In this document: positions 8,058-16,543 of the stretch, in pieces
Position numbering within the stretch: position 1 is the first letter of the stretch
Layout of the letters: every line of letters starts with the position of its first letter
Source of the DNA: a virus
Reading direction: 5' to 3' (one strand)
IMG/VR virus record: IMGVR_UViG_3300027782_000037
Span: 64,001-128,000 of that record
DNA: 64,000 nt
The notes under the pieces: model-generated
What the model saw: only the letters and a program-made list of their open reading frames with translations
Told to the model about the DNA's origin: nothing
Database searches by the model: none
Position numbers and translations under genes: made by a program

Positions 8058-11000
8058 TTAAGCAGCAGCCTGCGCCGCAATTGCTCCAGTGTTTTCAATA
8101 CGTAATGGAATATAAATAAATTCCACTGCTTTAACTGGTTCAATTGCAATATCAACCCATAACTGATTTTGATCAATTGTAGTTGGTGTATTGTTAGTAT
8201 TATCACACACCACCAGATAATCATAAAGTCCACGTTTGGCCACCAGATCAATCATCAAACTCACAATTGTATTGCTAATTTCAGTACGTGTAATCTGATC
8301 ATTGGGTTCAAACAGATATTGTTTACCAATTTGGTTAAGTCGGGTACGTAGATAGCAAACCAGACGAGATACGTTGATACGATCCAATGCTGTGTTAGTT
8401 CCCTGTAATGTTTTGTTACCAAAGTTAGTAATTCCCACACCTGGAATAAAGGTAATTGGATTAATATTTCTTGGATACAGAACGTCACGCAGACCTTGTC
8501 CCACACTCAATGTTTCAAATGCACCTGTAGTAGGATTTAAATATCCCAATTGGAAAGCATTATCAACTAACCCGCGACGTGTACCAGCAGGGGCTAACCA
8601 GGGGTAAGAAACCTCATCACTGCGAATAATTGTACGGATCATCATATGACTTGGATACGTAACTGCCTCATTTCCAGTTAAATCGGTAGTCTTACAACTT
8701 GGATAGAATGTTGCGCTGTAACTATCACCTGTGGCCAAATTACCGTCGCCAGTTGGTAATCCTAATCCACCGTTATTAGATGCCCAGATAGCAATGTTAT
8801 TAGGTGTCAAACGCAAAGGTGTATCAATAATGGCAAAAGCTACATTATTAATTTCATTGTTTAATGCCCTAACATTTAGAGCGCATTCTGGATAACCAGT
8901 AACTGCAATCAGGTTATACGCATTTTGCTCTTCACGAATCTGTGTATTTGAATCCAGTGACGCTTTCATAGCAGCAACGATAATTGCTCGCTGTGCATGA
9001 CGTCCCATATATGGTGCTCCATCTGAGCGATTTCCAGTAGCCGAAACCCACGTATTAGTTACTGTTTGGATTGACCAATAAGTAGGACTACTGCTGGGCA
9101 CATTATTCGTGCTATTTAGAATACATGCATACACAACACCACTATATTGGACATATTGGCCAATGGTGTATGCGGTAGTTGACGACCAGTCGTAAGTTGG
9201 ATATGCTTGATTATTCCAAGCATCTAATTCAAATGTTTTAACATTAAAACCTGAACGACGAGTATTCCATAATAGAATACCGGTTGGTGACAGGTCTGCG
9301 TTAGGTGCATCTGGATCCAGGTAATTACTGGTTAACAAACTTTCAATTGTTGGCAATGCATCACTTACTGGATCTGTAGTGCCATTAGGTGCCCAACGTG
9401 CATCAGCAAATATAATTCCACTTGATTCTGTTGCATCTGCATTATTAAGTTGTACCCATTGCGGTACTCCTTCAATATTTTCCCAACGATATAATGCCGG
9501 ATAATTTTCCAAATCGTTTGAGTCAACCCATAAGTCACCATATACTAACGGACTTTGTGATTGATCTGTTTGTGTTGTTGGTGCGTCAGTACTGATGATA
9601 GGACCTGCAGCATTACATAGTGTTAAGTTGTACCCACGAGCATCAGAAGTCACTGTTTGGTAACCGACCCATTCACCATTGCTCTGAATCATAATGTCAA
9701 CTTGAGTAGGATCACTGTAATACCAGTATGTACCAGTAGCAGGATTCTCATTTGGAGTTGAATTAGATGCAACGTAAGTAAACGTTGGATCACTTACCCA
9801 GTTACTTAATCTGATACCAGCATTAATTCCATCAACGTAGTTCTGGCTACACAGGAATGTACTGGTTGTAAAGCCCGCTGTAGTAATAGGAGTACCGGTA
9901 ACATTGGTAAGAACAATATCACCACCTGCGCTGTGTGTGAACACAATAGCACCTGTACTGGCAATAGTAGCACTAACATAAGGAATAGCCGCAGAGCTTA
10001 CTGCTGCTATGAAATCACTTGGTGTGGTTCCTGATATTGTACAGGTTACTGTAGTATTACTGGCTGTCTCTGGTTGTGTTGCTATAATAGTAAATTCGTT
10101 ACCCGACACAAAGGTTTGTGAAGTTTCATCACCAGTAACAATAGTCGGACCTGCTACGTAACGTTCATAAATTGTAAACCCAGCCGTACCATTATCAAAT
10201 GGGTCATAACGACCATATAGCGTACCGGCAGAGATATTTTCACCACCTCCCGATGGGTCCAATCCATAAATCGCCAGCGCATTGTCAGCATAATTTGTCA
10301 CCGGCTGAACAACAAATATACCCAGTGTAGCACTGAATTTTTTCATTACTAGGTTTGCACCTTTATTTACGGCATTAGTTTTTTGCCATACTGATCCGGT
10401 TACCCCAATAGCAGTTGTTCCTCCCTGGCTCCATGTTGGAACTTGGTAGCTAGGTGATGCTTGGTAGAATGGAATATAATTTGTACCCGCTGTGATACCC
10501 AACGTAGTAAGAACCGTGCCTGTACCAGCAGCTATAACGACTGTACCTGTAGGAGCGCCAACTCGACCACCACTAACATAGGCAGCAGTAGTAGAAGAAT
10601 CGTAACTTACTGAGGTTGTTGTACATGCGGTAACTGTATATTCTCCATTGTATCCAGCTGGGGACATGTTGCTTACCGAAATTTTGCTACCAACAGCGTA
10701 AGGAGCACTAGCCTGTGTAGCAAATGTTAACGTTGCTGTTCCAGAGCTACCCGATGCTCCAGTTACTGCAATGGTTACACCAGCTGCGGTGTCATCAGCA
10801 TAAATGCTTAATTGGCCACCTACATTACCTGCATATACGCCAACTAAAGCAGCAGAAGTAATCGCATTAGCGATACCAGTAACTGTATTATTTGGACTTG
10901 CTGGAACTGTAATAACTGTGCCGTTAACTATAAATGTTTCTGCGGCAGTTATACTTGACGGAGTATTAACACCCTGTACTGTTGCCCAGGAAGATTGCCA

Positions 11001-11693
11001 TTCAGTACTACCCAGTAATACCCATGTATTATATAAAGAATTGATTCTAGAATCGTTTGATTGCGTAGATGTCGGACCACCACGTTTAAAGTAAACGGGA
11101 TTGGAAGTATATGTTGCTGTTACCGCATAATTTCCAATACTACCATAACTTTGTAGCGGCACCGATGAACTAGGATTTAAATATTCAACGTCTGTTATTA
11201 CAGTTGGAATTTGGTTAGTAAATGTGCTGGTAACATCATTCCATTGGAACAATCCCCAGGCGGTATTTGCTGTGTCTAACCAATAAGAACCACCAACTGG
11301 ATTACCCGTTGGGCGAGTTAAACTGGCACTAAGCGCAGCCAGGTCAATATCAGCACGTAGCACATAACATTGATTAGTAACACCAAGAGCAGAATAAGCA
11401 GCTAATAAGCCGTATTCATTAAGCTCGTATCCATTGATAGGAGTACCATTTGTAGTGGTATAGAAGAATGGGACTCCGTAGTTTGCGGACAATGCACGTT
11501 GGCTAGATGCCAAGAACAATTGATTAGCATTGGCGGCCGTTGTACCAGGAGCGACCCCTGTACCATCTGAAGATAGTTTATTTGCCGCGGTGGCAATAAC
11601 CATCAGCGGCACTGAATTTGTTGCGGCGGGTAGGTACTGACTTTGGTCAACTACCGTAACTTTTACACCTGGGGATACTAATGTGCTAGACAT
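8058..11693 (-). CDS. gp18: Tail sheath protein, enlarged (1211 aa) by inserted beta domains
   Basis: N-terminal LVSPGV.V...DQS; C-terminal PWLAPAG.RRG, LY...INPI...G....FG.KTL....ALDRINV.RL, FEPND..TR, CD..NNTP..ID...L.VDIAI.PVKAVEFIYI. Confidence 0.95.
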   Translation of the reverse strand: MSSTLVSPGVKVTVVDQSQYLPAATNSVPLMVIATAANKLSSDGTGVAPGTTAANANQLFLASSQRALSANYGVPFFYTTTNGTPINGYELNEYGLLAAYSALGVTNQCYVLRADIDLAALSASLTRPTGNPVGGSYWLDTANTAWGLFQWNDVTSTFTNQIPTVITDVEYLNPSSSVPLQSYGSIGNYAVTATYTSNPVYFKRGGPTSTQSNDSRINSLYNTWVLLGSTEWQSSWATVQGVNTPSSITAAETFIVNGTVITVPASPNNTVTGIANAITSAALVGVYAGNVGGQLSIYADDTAAGVTIAVTGASGSSGTATLTFATQASAPYAVGSKISVSNMSPAGYNGEYTVTACTTTSVSYDSSTTAAYVSGGRVGAPTGTVVIAAGTGTVLTTLGITAGTNYIPFYQASPSYQVPTWSQGGTTAIGVTGSVWQKTNAVNKGANLVMKKFSATLGIFVVQPVTNYADNALAIYGLDPSGGGENISAGTLYGRYDPFDNGTAGFTIYERYVAGPTIVTGDETSQTFVSGNEFTIIATQPETASNTTVTCTISGTTPSDFIAAVSSAAIPYVSATIASTGAIVFTHSAGGDIVLTNVTGTPITTAGFTTSTFLCSQNYVDGINAGIRLSNWVSDPTFTYVASNSTPNENPATGTYWYYSDPTQVDIMIQSNGEWVGYQTVTSDARGYNLTLCNAAGPIISTDAPTTQTDQSQSPLVYGDLWVDSNDLENYPALYRWENIEGVPQWVQLNNADATESSGIIFADARWAPNGTTDPVSDALPTIESLLTSNYLDPDAPNADLSPTGILLWNTRRSGFNVKTFELDAWNNQAYPTYDWSSTTAYTIGQYVQYSGVVYACILNSTNNVPSSSPTYWSIQTVTNTWVSATGNRSDGAPYMGRHAQRAIIVAAMKASLDSNTQIREEQNAYNLIAVTGYPECALNVRALNNEINNVAFAIIDTPLRLTPNNIAIWASNNGGLGLPTGDGNLATGDSYSATFYPSCKTTDLTGNEAVTYPSHMMIRTIIRSDEVSYPWLAPAGTRRGLVDNAFQLGYLNPTTGAFETLSVGQGLRDVLYPRNINPITFIPGVGITNFGNKTLQGTNTALDRINVSRLVCYLRTRLNQIGKQYLFEPNDQITRTEISNTIVSLMIDLVAKRGLYDYLVVCDNTNNTPTTIDQNQLWVDIAIEPVKAVEFIYIPLRIENTGAIAAQAAA

Positions 11694-11721
11694 AATTTAA
11701 ATCCTTATAATTAATATACAA

Positions 11722-11727
11722 TATTTA
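11722..11727 (-). promoter_or_regulatory. Late promoter TAAATA for sheath
   Basis: cTAAATA upstream of SD AAGGA and ATG 11693. Confidence 0.7.
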
Positions 11728-11781
11728 GTTCATAACTGAAAAAGACACTGATAACCGTACCCTACTTAGTAGGTTTTGTGG

Positions 11782-11787
11782 TAAATA
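11782..11787 (+). promoter_or_regulatory. Late promoter TAAATA-N5-ATG (leaderless)
   Basis: gTAAATAtcagtATG(11793). Confidence 0.7.
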
Positions 11788-11792
11788 TCAGT

Positions 11793-12140
11793 ATGAGACC
11801 TATTTGTAACGTCTGCAATCAGCGGCCCAGAGCTGTGGCATACCATAAACCTGATGGTAGCGTGCAATATCGACGACTTTGTGAATATTGTATACGGCGT
11901 GGCCGTAAATTGAAACCTGCGGTACCCAAATGGACGCAGGCAGGATATAAAAAGAAGGCGGTGTGTGACCGATGCGGCTTCAGATCAAGGTGGGCCGCTC
12001 AGCTATTAGTATTTCACATGGATGGGAATTTAAATAACAATAAAGTTAGCAATTTAAAAACTATTTGTCAGAACTGTGTGGTGGATGTGGCTAAGTCTGA
12101 TCTACCTTGGCGGCCTGGAGATCTTGAATCAGATGTTTGA
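11793..12140 (+). CDS. Zn-binding HNH-fold protein, probably catalytically degenerate
   Basis: CxxC motifs (CNVC, CEYC, CDRC, CQNC) and VFHMDGNLNNN...NL..ICQNC. Start moved to ATG 11793 from promoter geometry. Confidence 0.75.
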   Translation: MRPICNVCNQRPRAVAYHKPDGSVQYRRLCEYCIRRGRKLKPAVPKWTQAGYKKKAVCDRCGFRSRWAAQLLVFHMDGNLNNNKVSNLKTICQNCVVDVAKSDLPWRPGDLESDV

Positions 12141-12729
12141 CCTGTGAGTATAAATTATCAAGGCCGTCAGCATTATTATCAACAACAGCATCAAAATTAG
12201 TTCCAATCCAGCTCCATTCACTAGGATGTACATCCGATCTAAAGTTCATGGCTGCTGAGATGCCAGCATTTGTATCAACCGCCTCTTGATACCATTCAGG
12301 CTCGGGGCCGCGAACTACCCTAATAACAATACCACCCGCACTTCTAATAGCGGCTATTTCATTGGGAAAACGACAATCAGAAATAACAATATCATCATGT
12401 GTGGTACGTAGTTTATTTTCCAATGATGCTATCCAAATATTATCATCAAAGCCTTTTCTACATACCTCTGTGCCCCAGTACTGTAGTACCCAGCGTGGAG
12501 TGATATTCCTACCAAGTCTTTCACTCCACCATTCATCTCGCTGTTCTCGCCATTCTCTACTTTCACGAGTGCGACCTTCGAGTAATTCTCGATTCCAGCC
12601 AAATACAGCGGCAACTGCATCCTTCAGTGTATGCGCGAAAGATTCACGACGAAATTGATGTATATTCTGTAGGTAATCAGCAATAGTGTCTTTACCGCTG
12701 CCGATAAGGCCGCAAATTCCTATAATCAT
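12091..12729 (-). CDS. gp1: Deoxynucleoside monophosphate kinase (T4 gp1 family)
   Basis: IIGICGLIGSGKDT P-loop, SFA..LK, TPR.VLQ..GTE..R, ISDCRFPNE, H.SE. Confidence 0.92.
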   Translation of the reverse strand: MIIGICGLIGSGKDTIADYLQNIHQFRRESFAHTLKDAVAAVFGWNRELLEGRTRESREWREQRDEWWSERLGRNITPRWVLQYWGTEVCRKGFDDNIWIASLENKLRTTHDDIVISDCRFPNEIAAIRSAGGIVIRVVRGPEPEWYQEAVDTNAGISAAMNFRSDVHPSEWSWIGTNFDAVVDNNADGLDNLYSQVKHLIQDLQAAKVDQT

Positions 12730-13202
12730 ATATTGTCCTTTAGTACATCTGATGTCATTAAATACCAGCCCTGGCGGTAAGATCCTAATTGTGTAAATCC
12801 TAAATCATTATAAAATTTGGGAATTTCTGTTGTAACTATAATTACTCTGTCCCGAATATGTGCAAATTTTACAGCTTTTTCGGTTATACGTTTTCCCAAT
12901 CCCTGATTACGATAAGCAGGGTCAACACATACCCAGGTCAAGTCATAAAAGTATTGTAAGTTAGATTCGCTGACAATACCAAACCCCACTAATTTGTCAC
13001 CATCCTGGGCTATTACATACCATTTAGGTTCTTCAATTAGGTTTATTAGGTATTTTACTTTTTCAACTTCGATACGATGCTCTACATCTTTTGATATTAA
13101 TGACGGCATTTCTCCGGCGGGAGTGTAAACGAACGATTGTTTGAGTAATTCACCTACCGCAGTCGGGTTAGGCAAATGGTTATATACTTCTACAGTAATC
13201 AT
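12726..13202 (-). CDS. GNAT-family acetyltransferase
   Basis: Motif A VCVDPAYRNQGLGK and motif B FYNDLGF; ATGA overlaps with both neighbours. Confidence 0.88.
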   Translation of the reverse strand: MITVEVYNHLPNPTAVGELLKQSFVYTPAGEMPSLISKDVEHRIEVEKVKYLINLIEEPKWYVIAQDGDKLVGFGIVSESNLQYFYDLTWVCVDPAYRNQGLGKRITEKAVKFAHIRDRVIIVTTEIPKFYNDLGFTQLGSYRQGWYLMTSDVLKDNI

Positions 13203-13723
13203 CGTATTTTTTTAATACCTATCTGTCGAAAAGTTTCTTGCAACATATCTATTTGCCGCTGGCAATCTTTTAAAGCATGATGTTCCGCGGGAGGTTTTGG
13301 ACAATCAGGCCATAGACTGTAGATGGTGCGAGCATCGCGAATTTTGTAATATTGCCAAGGAATGTGTTTACCACGGCTTTTAAAAGCATGTTCCAGGATT
13401 GTGGCGTCATAAGTTGGGCCATTCATCCAGATAAAATCAGCGTGCCAACATATTTTATGTAGCCCATCTAGGGATTCTTCCAGGGAAACACGATTATCTT
13501 CCGCAAATGCCTCGGCAGCGGCTTGTGGTTGAGTAGCCCACCATTCAACAGTGGCATCGTCAATTATTCTATCATCTTGGCTTTCAATGGTAACACGAGA
13601 ATAGAAATCTTCTTTAAGATATCCCCGGCCAAATGGATCAAAGGCTTGTGCTGCTATGGTTAAAATAGCAGCAGCTGGTGTAGTTGCCAGTCCCTCGATG
13701 TCGATCATTATATGTTTTGCCAT
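13199..13723 (-). CDS. DEDDh 3'-5' exonuclease (DexA/Rv2179c-like)
   Basis: IMIDIEGL, T.EWW..Q, W.NG..YD..IL, PW.Y..IRD.RT, HHAL.DC..Q. Confidence 0.88.
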   Translation of the reverse strand: MAKHIMIDIEGLATTPAAAILTIAAQAFDPFGRGYLKEDFYSRVTIESQDDRIIDDATVEWWATQPQAAAEAFAEDNRVSLEESLDGLHKICWHADFIWMNGPTYDATILEHAFKSRGKHIPWQYYKIRDARTIYSLWPDCPKPPAEHHALKDCQRQIDMLQETFRQIGIKKIR

Positions 13724-13729
13724 ACAATA

Positions 13730-13758
13730 AGTATAGCAAGATACTAGATATTAGTCAA
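13730..13758 (-). promoter_or_regulatory. Sigma70-type (early) promoter, leaderless
   Basis: TTGACT-17 nt-TATACT with extended TG, then 6 nt to ATG 13723. Confidence 0.8.
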
Positions 13759-14227
13759 TGTCTTTTACTTGGTTTGGGCGAAAAATCCATTCATACCGTG
13801 TATCTACATCACCAACAGCTCTACCAAACTTCCAATCAGGGCCCAATAATTGATTGAAGAATCTGACAGCATACTTGTCGTATAAACTTACACGACTGTC
13901 TTCGTTATTATGGGCATGGAACCAAATGAAGGTTGGACCAAGTTGATTTACCATTGGTGGCAATCGTTTTTTTAAAATTTGTGCTACTGTGCTGAAGATT
14001 CTAAACTGATCTCCTTCGCCTGTTATGTCCGTACTACCATTAACCTTAAACACAATATCTATTGCCCAACCTTGGTTAGTCCATATCCCTTCCAGCAAAA
14101 CTTCTATTTTGCCATCCTTGGTAGTAATTATTTTAAAATCTTTTGCGCCATGTTCTATTTTGAATGGATAGGGGTTGTTACCCAACTCAGTTAAGTTAGA
14201 TTCGGCTACGATTTCACTAAATCGCAT
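13751..14227 (-). CDS. Hypothetical protein with capsid-targeting-like N-terminus (possible injected protein)
   Basis: Start at 14227 by TAATG overlap with the gp13 stop; MRFSEIVAE-SNLTE N-terminus. Confidence 0.65.
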   Translation of the reverse strand: MRFSEIVAESNLTELGNNPYPFKIEHGAKDFKIITTKDGKIEVLLEGIWTNQGWAIDIVFKVNGSTDITGEGDQFRIFSTVAQILKKRLPPMVNQLGPTFIWFHAHNNEDSRVSLYDKYAVRFFNQLLGPDWKFGRAVGDVDTRYEWIFRPNQVKDID

Positions 14228-14997
14228 TATCCAATTACCCAAGTTAAGGGTTGTGATCCATCCACATAGTCCACTAAATCCTTAAGACATTGGGCAAACA
14301 TTTCCTTGGCTTCCGCTTTCATAGTAGTACCATTTAGGGTGCTACCGCCCTGGGGGCCGGCTATAGTACCAAACTTTTCACGAGCTTCACCAATAATCAT
14401 CTTGCAATTGGCATGCATCCAGTTTCGTATCCACTGGCGAATTTGGTAGTCGCTTAATAAGTTCACTTCAGGTTTTAGGTTGTAGGTCCATAGTAGAACG
14501 TTTTCTCCCACACCCTTGGGATCACGTATCAATTGCAGCTTTTTCGTTACTGGATTCCACGTATAGTTCATATACGCACCAAACATACGACCAGCTAGCT
14601 CAACATACTGACTGTAAAAGTCATACGTTGCCAAGCCCCCTGCCACGTTGAAGTTCATCAAATACACATTCATTGAAGCTTGGCTGAATGGGTCAAAATT
14701 GCTGGCATACGGGCCGGTTGAATCACCAAAAGTACGTCTAAAAATCTGACGAACCTGGATAACTTCATCGGGTAAATCATAAATGTTTACGTTGGTAACT
14801 AACTCCATGAAGGTGTAGCTTTCTTCGTAAGCATTTTGTGCTCGCTGTCGGTATGTTCCTATAGCATTACGATAAGCAGACTCAAAATGAGCGGCATCCA
14901 ACTCTATATCAACAATCTGATCTGCTAGTTGCAGTCGTACATATTCAATTAGATTCTGCTTTAATGTTTCTAGGGTGCTTTCTGATTGCTCGGCCAT
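14227..14997 (-). CDS. gp13: Neck protein (gp13-like)
   Basis: YVRLQL...VDIEL......A...Y; Y.LPDEVI.V; K..IGE...KF..I.GP.GG.TLNG..MK.EA; C-terminal P....IG. Confidence 0.85.
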   Translation of the reverse strand: MAEQSESTLETLKQNLIEYVRLQLADQIVDIELDAAHFESAYRNAIGTYRQRAQNAYEESYTFMELVTNVNIYDLPDEVIQVRQIFRRTFGDSTGPYASNFDPFSQASMNVYLMNFNVAGGLATYDFYSQYVELAGRMFGAYMNYTWNPVTKKLQLIRDPKGVGENVLLWTYNLKPEVNLLSDYQIRQWIRNWMHANCKMIIGEAREKFGTIAGPQGGSTLNGTTMKAEAKEMFAQCLKDLVDYVDGSQPLTWVIG

Positions 14998-15015
14998 ATG
15001 GACTCCATGTCCATA

Positions 15016-15021
15016 TATTTA
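15016..15021 (-). promoter_or_regulatory. Late promoter overlapping an RBS-occluding hairpin (14996-15016)
   Basis: cTAAATATATGGAC-atgga-GTCCATATg. Confidence 0.7.
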
Positions 15022-15027
15022 GCCGAG

Positions 15028-16170
15028 TTACCAAGCCTTTAGGATAACCAAATTATCATTGCCACGCCCATTCCACTTGATTTCTGTGGCCTTGATATCC
15101 TTAAATGCCTTTCTAGCAGCAGGTTTACCCACGCTCATAATGGCCTTTAATTGCTCCTTGGGCTTGCGCAGAGTCTTTTGTACCGTGGTAACAGCATCAA
15201 ATGCAAGTAGGGTCGCTCCTTTGATGGTGAAAGTACCTGCATGTGAATCTGCGGTAACGTGTACCAATTTACGTTTAGCAGTATCGTATAAGAACGCTTC
15301 TGTTGCACCAACCAGGCTAACCGGAGATTGTGATTTAAGTCCTAATTCTGCAAATTCCTTAAGGTATTTAAAATTCATTGCAATACGCTCGGGACTCTGC
15401 GCCTTTTTAGCACGTGGCTTACGTTCTACTTTCTTCAGAGAAATATAGGATTGGCAGTCAGCCAGGAGAGCTTCACAGAATTTTACACAGTTTCGCAGTT
15501 GTACCTTGCTAAGGTGGCTATAGCCTTCCACCAGTTGAGAATCCTTGCCTTCCACAACTTCTTCCAGTTCCGCTAACCGCAATTTCCACGGGGCGGTGAT
15601 AAAACCAATCATGTTAGGTGCAATATTCATACCACGAATTAAGGGCATATGCTTGACGTTGGCTGTCATTTTTGCGCCAGATTCAATAAAATCATCGTAC
15701 ATAGCTTCAAGTTCTGCTGCACATTCCGATGCTTTTTCACGCAGATGATCCTGGATTGTCAGCTTTTTCTGGGCAGCAACATCCTGACTTGATGCAGCAA
15801 CTTCTTGTTGTTTAGCAGCCAATAGTTTAGTAAGATGCTCATCCAAGATAGATTGTTCATGTTCGTTGAGAACCAATCCCATAAGCGACATTCTGCAGAT
15901 CCAGCCGGTAGTGGTTAATACGTGGGCGTCGGAGATGCCGCGTAACAGTTTCACTTCCCGAGTTTTCTTGTGCCATTCCAGGTAATGGATAATCATTTCC
16001 CTAGCATCCTTACGGGTGCAGGAATAATTATACCAATTAAGTGCTTTACTTAGGGCACCTACTCGATCTTCATCCTTGGGTTGCGTAACCCATTCTGGCT
16101 CGGGACCGGTAAATTTGGCGTCCTCGCCTCTATTGATAATACGTTTAAGTGTGGGTAGTGTCTTTGCCAT
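15028..16170 (-). CDS. Hypothetical protein (380 aa, basic, helical), early operon
   Basis: Long ORF, C-terminal QKTLRKPKEQL...GRGNDNLVILKAW; no function recognised. Confidence 0.8.
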   Translation of the reverse strand: MAKTLPTLKRIINRGEDAKFTGPEPEWVTQPKDEDRVGALSKALNWYNYSCTRKDAREMIIHYLEWHKKTREVKLLRGISDAHVLTTTGWICRMSLMGLVLNEHEQSILDEHLTKLLAAKQQEVAASSQDVAAQKKLTIQDHLREKASECAAELEAMYDDFIESGAKMTANVKHMPLIRGMNIAPNMIGFITAPWKLRLAELEEVVEGKDSQLVEGYSHLSKVQLRNCVKFCEALLADCQSYISLKKVERKPRAKKAQSPERIAMNFKYLKEFAELGLKSQSPVSLVGATEAFLYDTAKRKLVHVTADSHAGTFTIKGATLLAFDAVTTVQKTLRKPKEQLKAIMSVGKPAARKAFKDIKATEIKWNGRGNDNLVILKAW

Positions 16171-16200
16171 GATGTATTGTACCTTTAAAGTTAAAAAATG

Positions 16201-16482
16201 TCAACGTAATAGTAATGCAAGAGTAATGTGTTGTTCCAAACTACTCAACAGAATGTCAGTTGATACTAATAAATCTCGATATCGGTTGGTTTCCTTTTTG
16301 AGGCGTCTACATTCTACCGACTCCCTACTTATTTCCCGCATAACTGAATCAATATTTACGATCATTTTCTTCAGATCCCGCAGAGCCACTTTGTTTTTTA
16401 CCCTAACCAGCTGATTTTCCGCTGTTGATAATCGTTCCATCAAATCATGTTGTCCGTAATTGAAAGTGTTTATTTCATCCAT
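16201..16482 (-). CDS. Hypothetical coiled-coil protein (early, leaderless)
   Basis: Start moved to ATG 16482 because the longer start overlaps the promoter. Confidence 0.7.
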   Translation of the reverse strand: MDEINTFNYGQHDLMERLSTAENQLVRVKNKVALRDLKKMIVNIDSVMREISRESVECRRLKKETNRYRDLLVSTDILLSSLEQHITLALLLR

Positions 16483-16488
16483 ATAGTA

Positions 16489-16517
16489 ATTATACATATT
16501 TGGGTATTAAATGTCAA
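16489..16517 (-). promoter_or_regulatory. Perfect consensus sigma70 promoter, leaderless
   Basis: TTGACA-17 nt-TATAAT-6 nt-ATG(16482). Confidence 0.88.
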
Positions 16518-16530
16518 ATGGTATTTTAGC

Positions 16531-16536
16531 TAAATA
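16531..16536 (+). promoter_or_regulatory. Late promoter TAAATA, back-to-back with the sigma70 promoter
   Basis: cTAAATActcgactATG(16544), no SD. Confidence 0.7.
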
Positions 16537-16543
16537 CTCGACT

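Noticed and set aside
16511-16543. Longer ORF-track starts (also 11778, 14242, 16497, 19251, 20536, 20825, 24653, 29341, 42625, 47239, 58504)
   Set aside because: They overlap promoters or neighbouring genes, or lack an RBS; downstream ATGs fit SD, coupling or promoter geometry better
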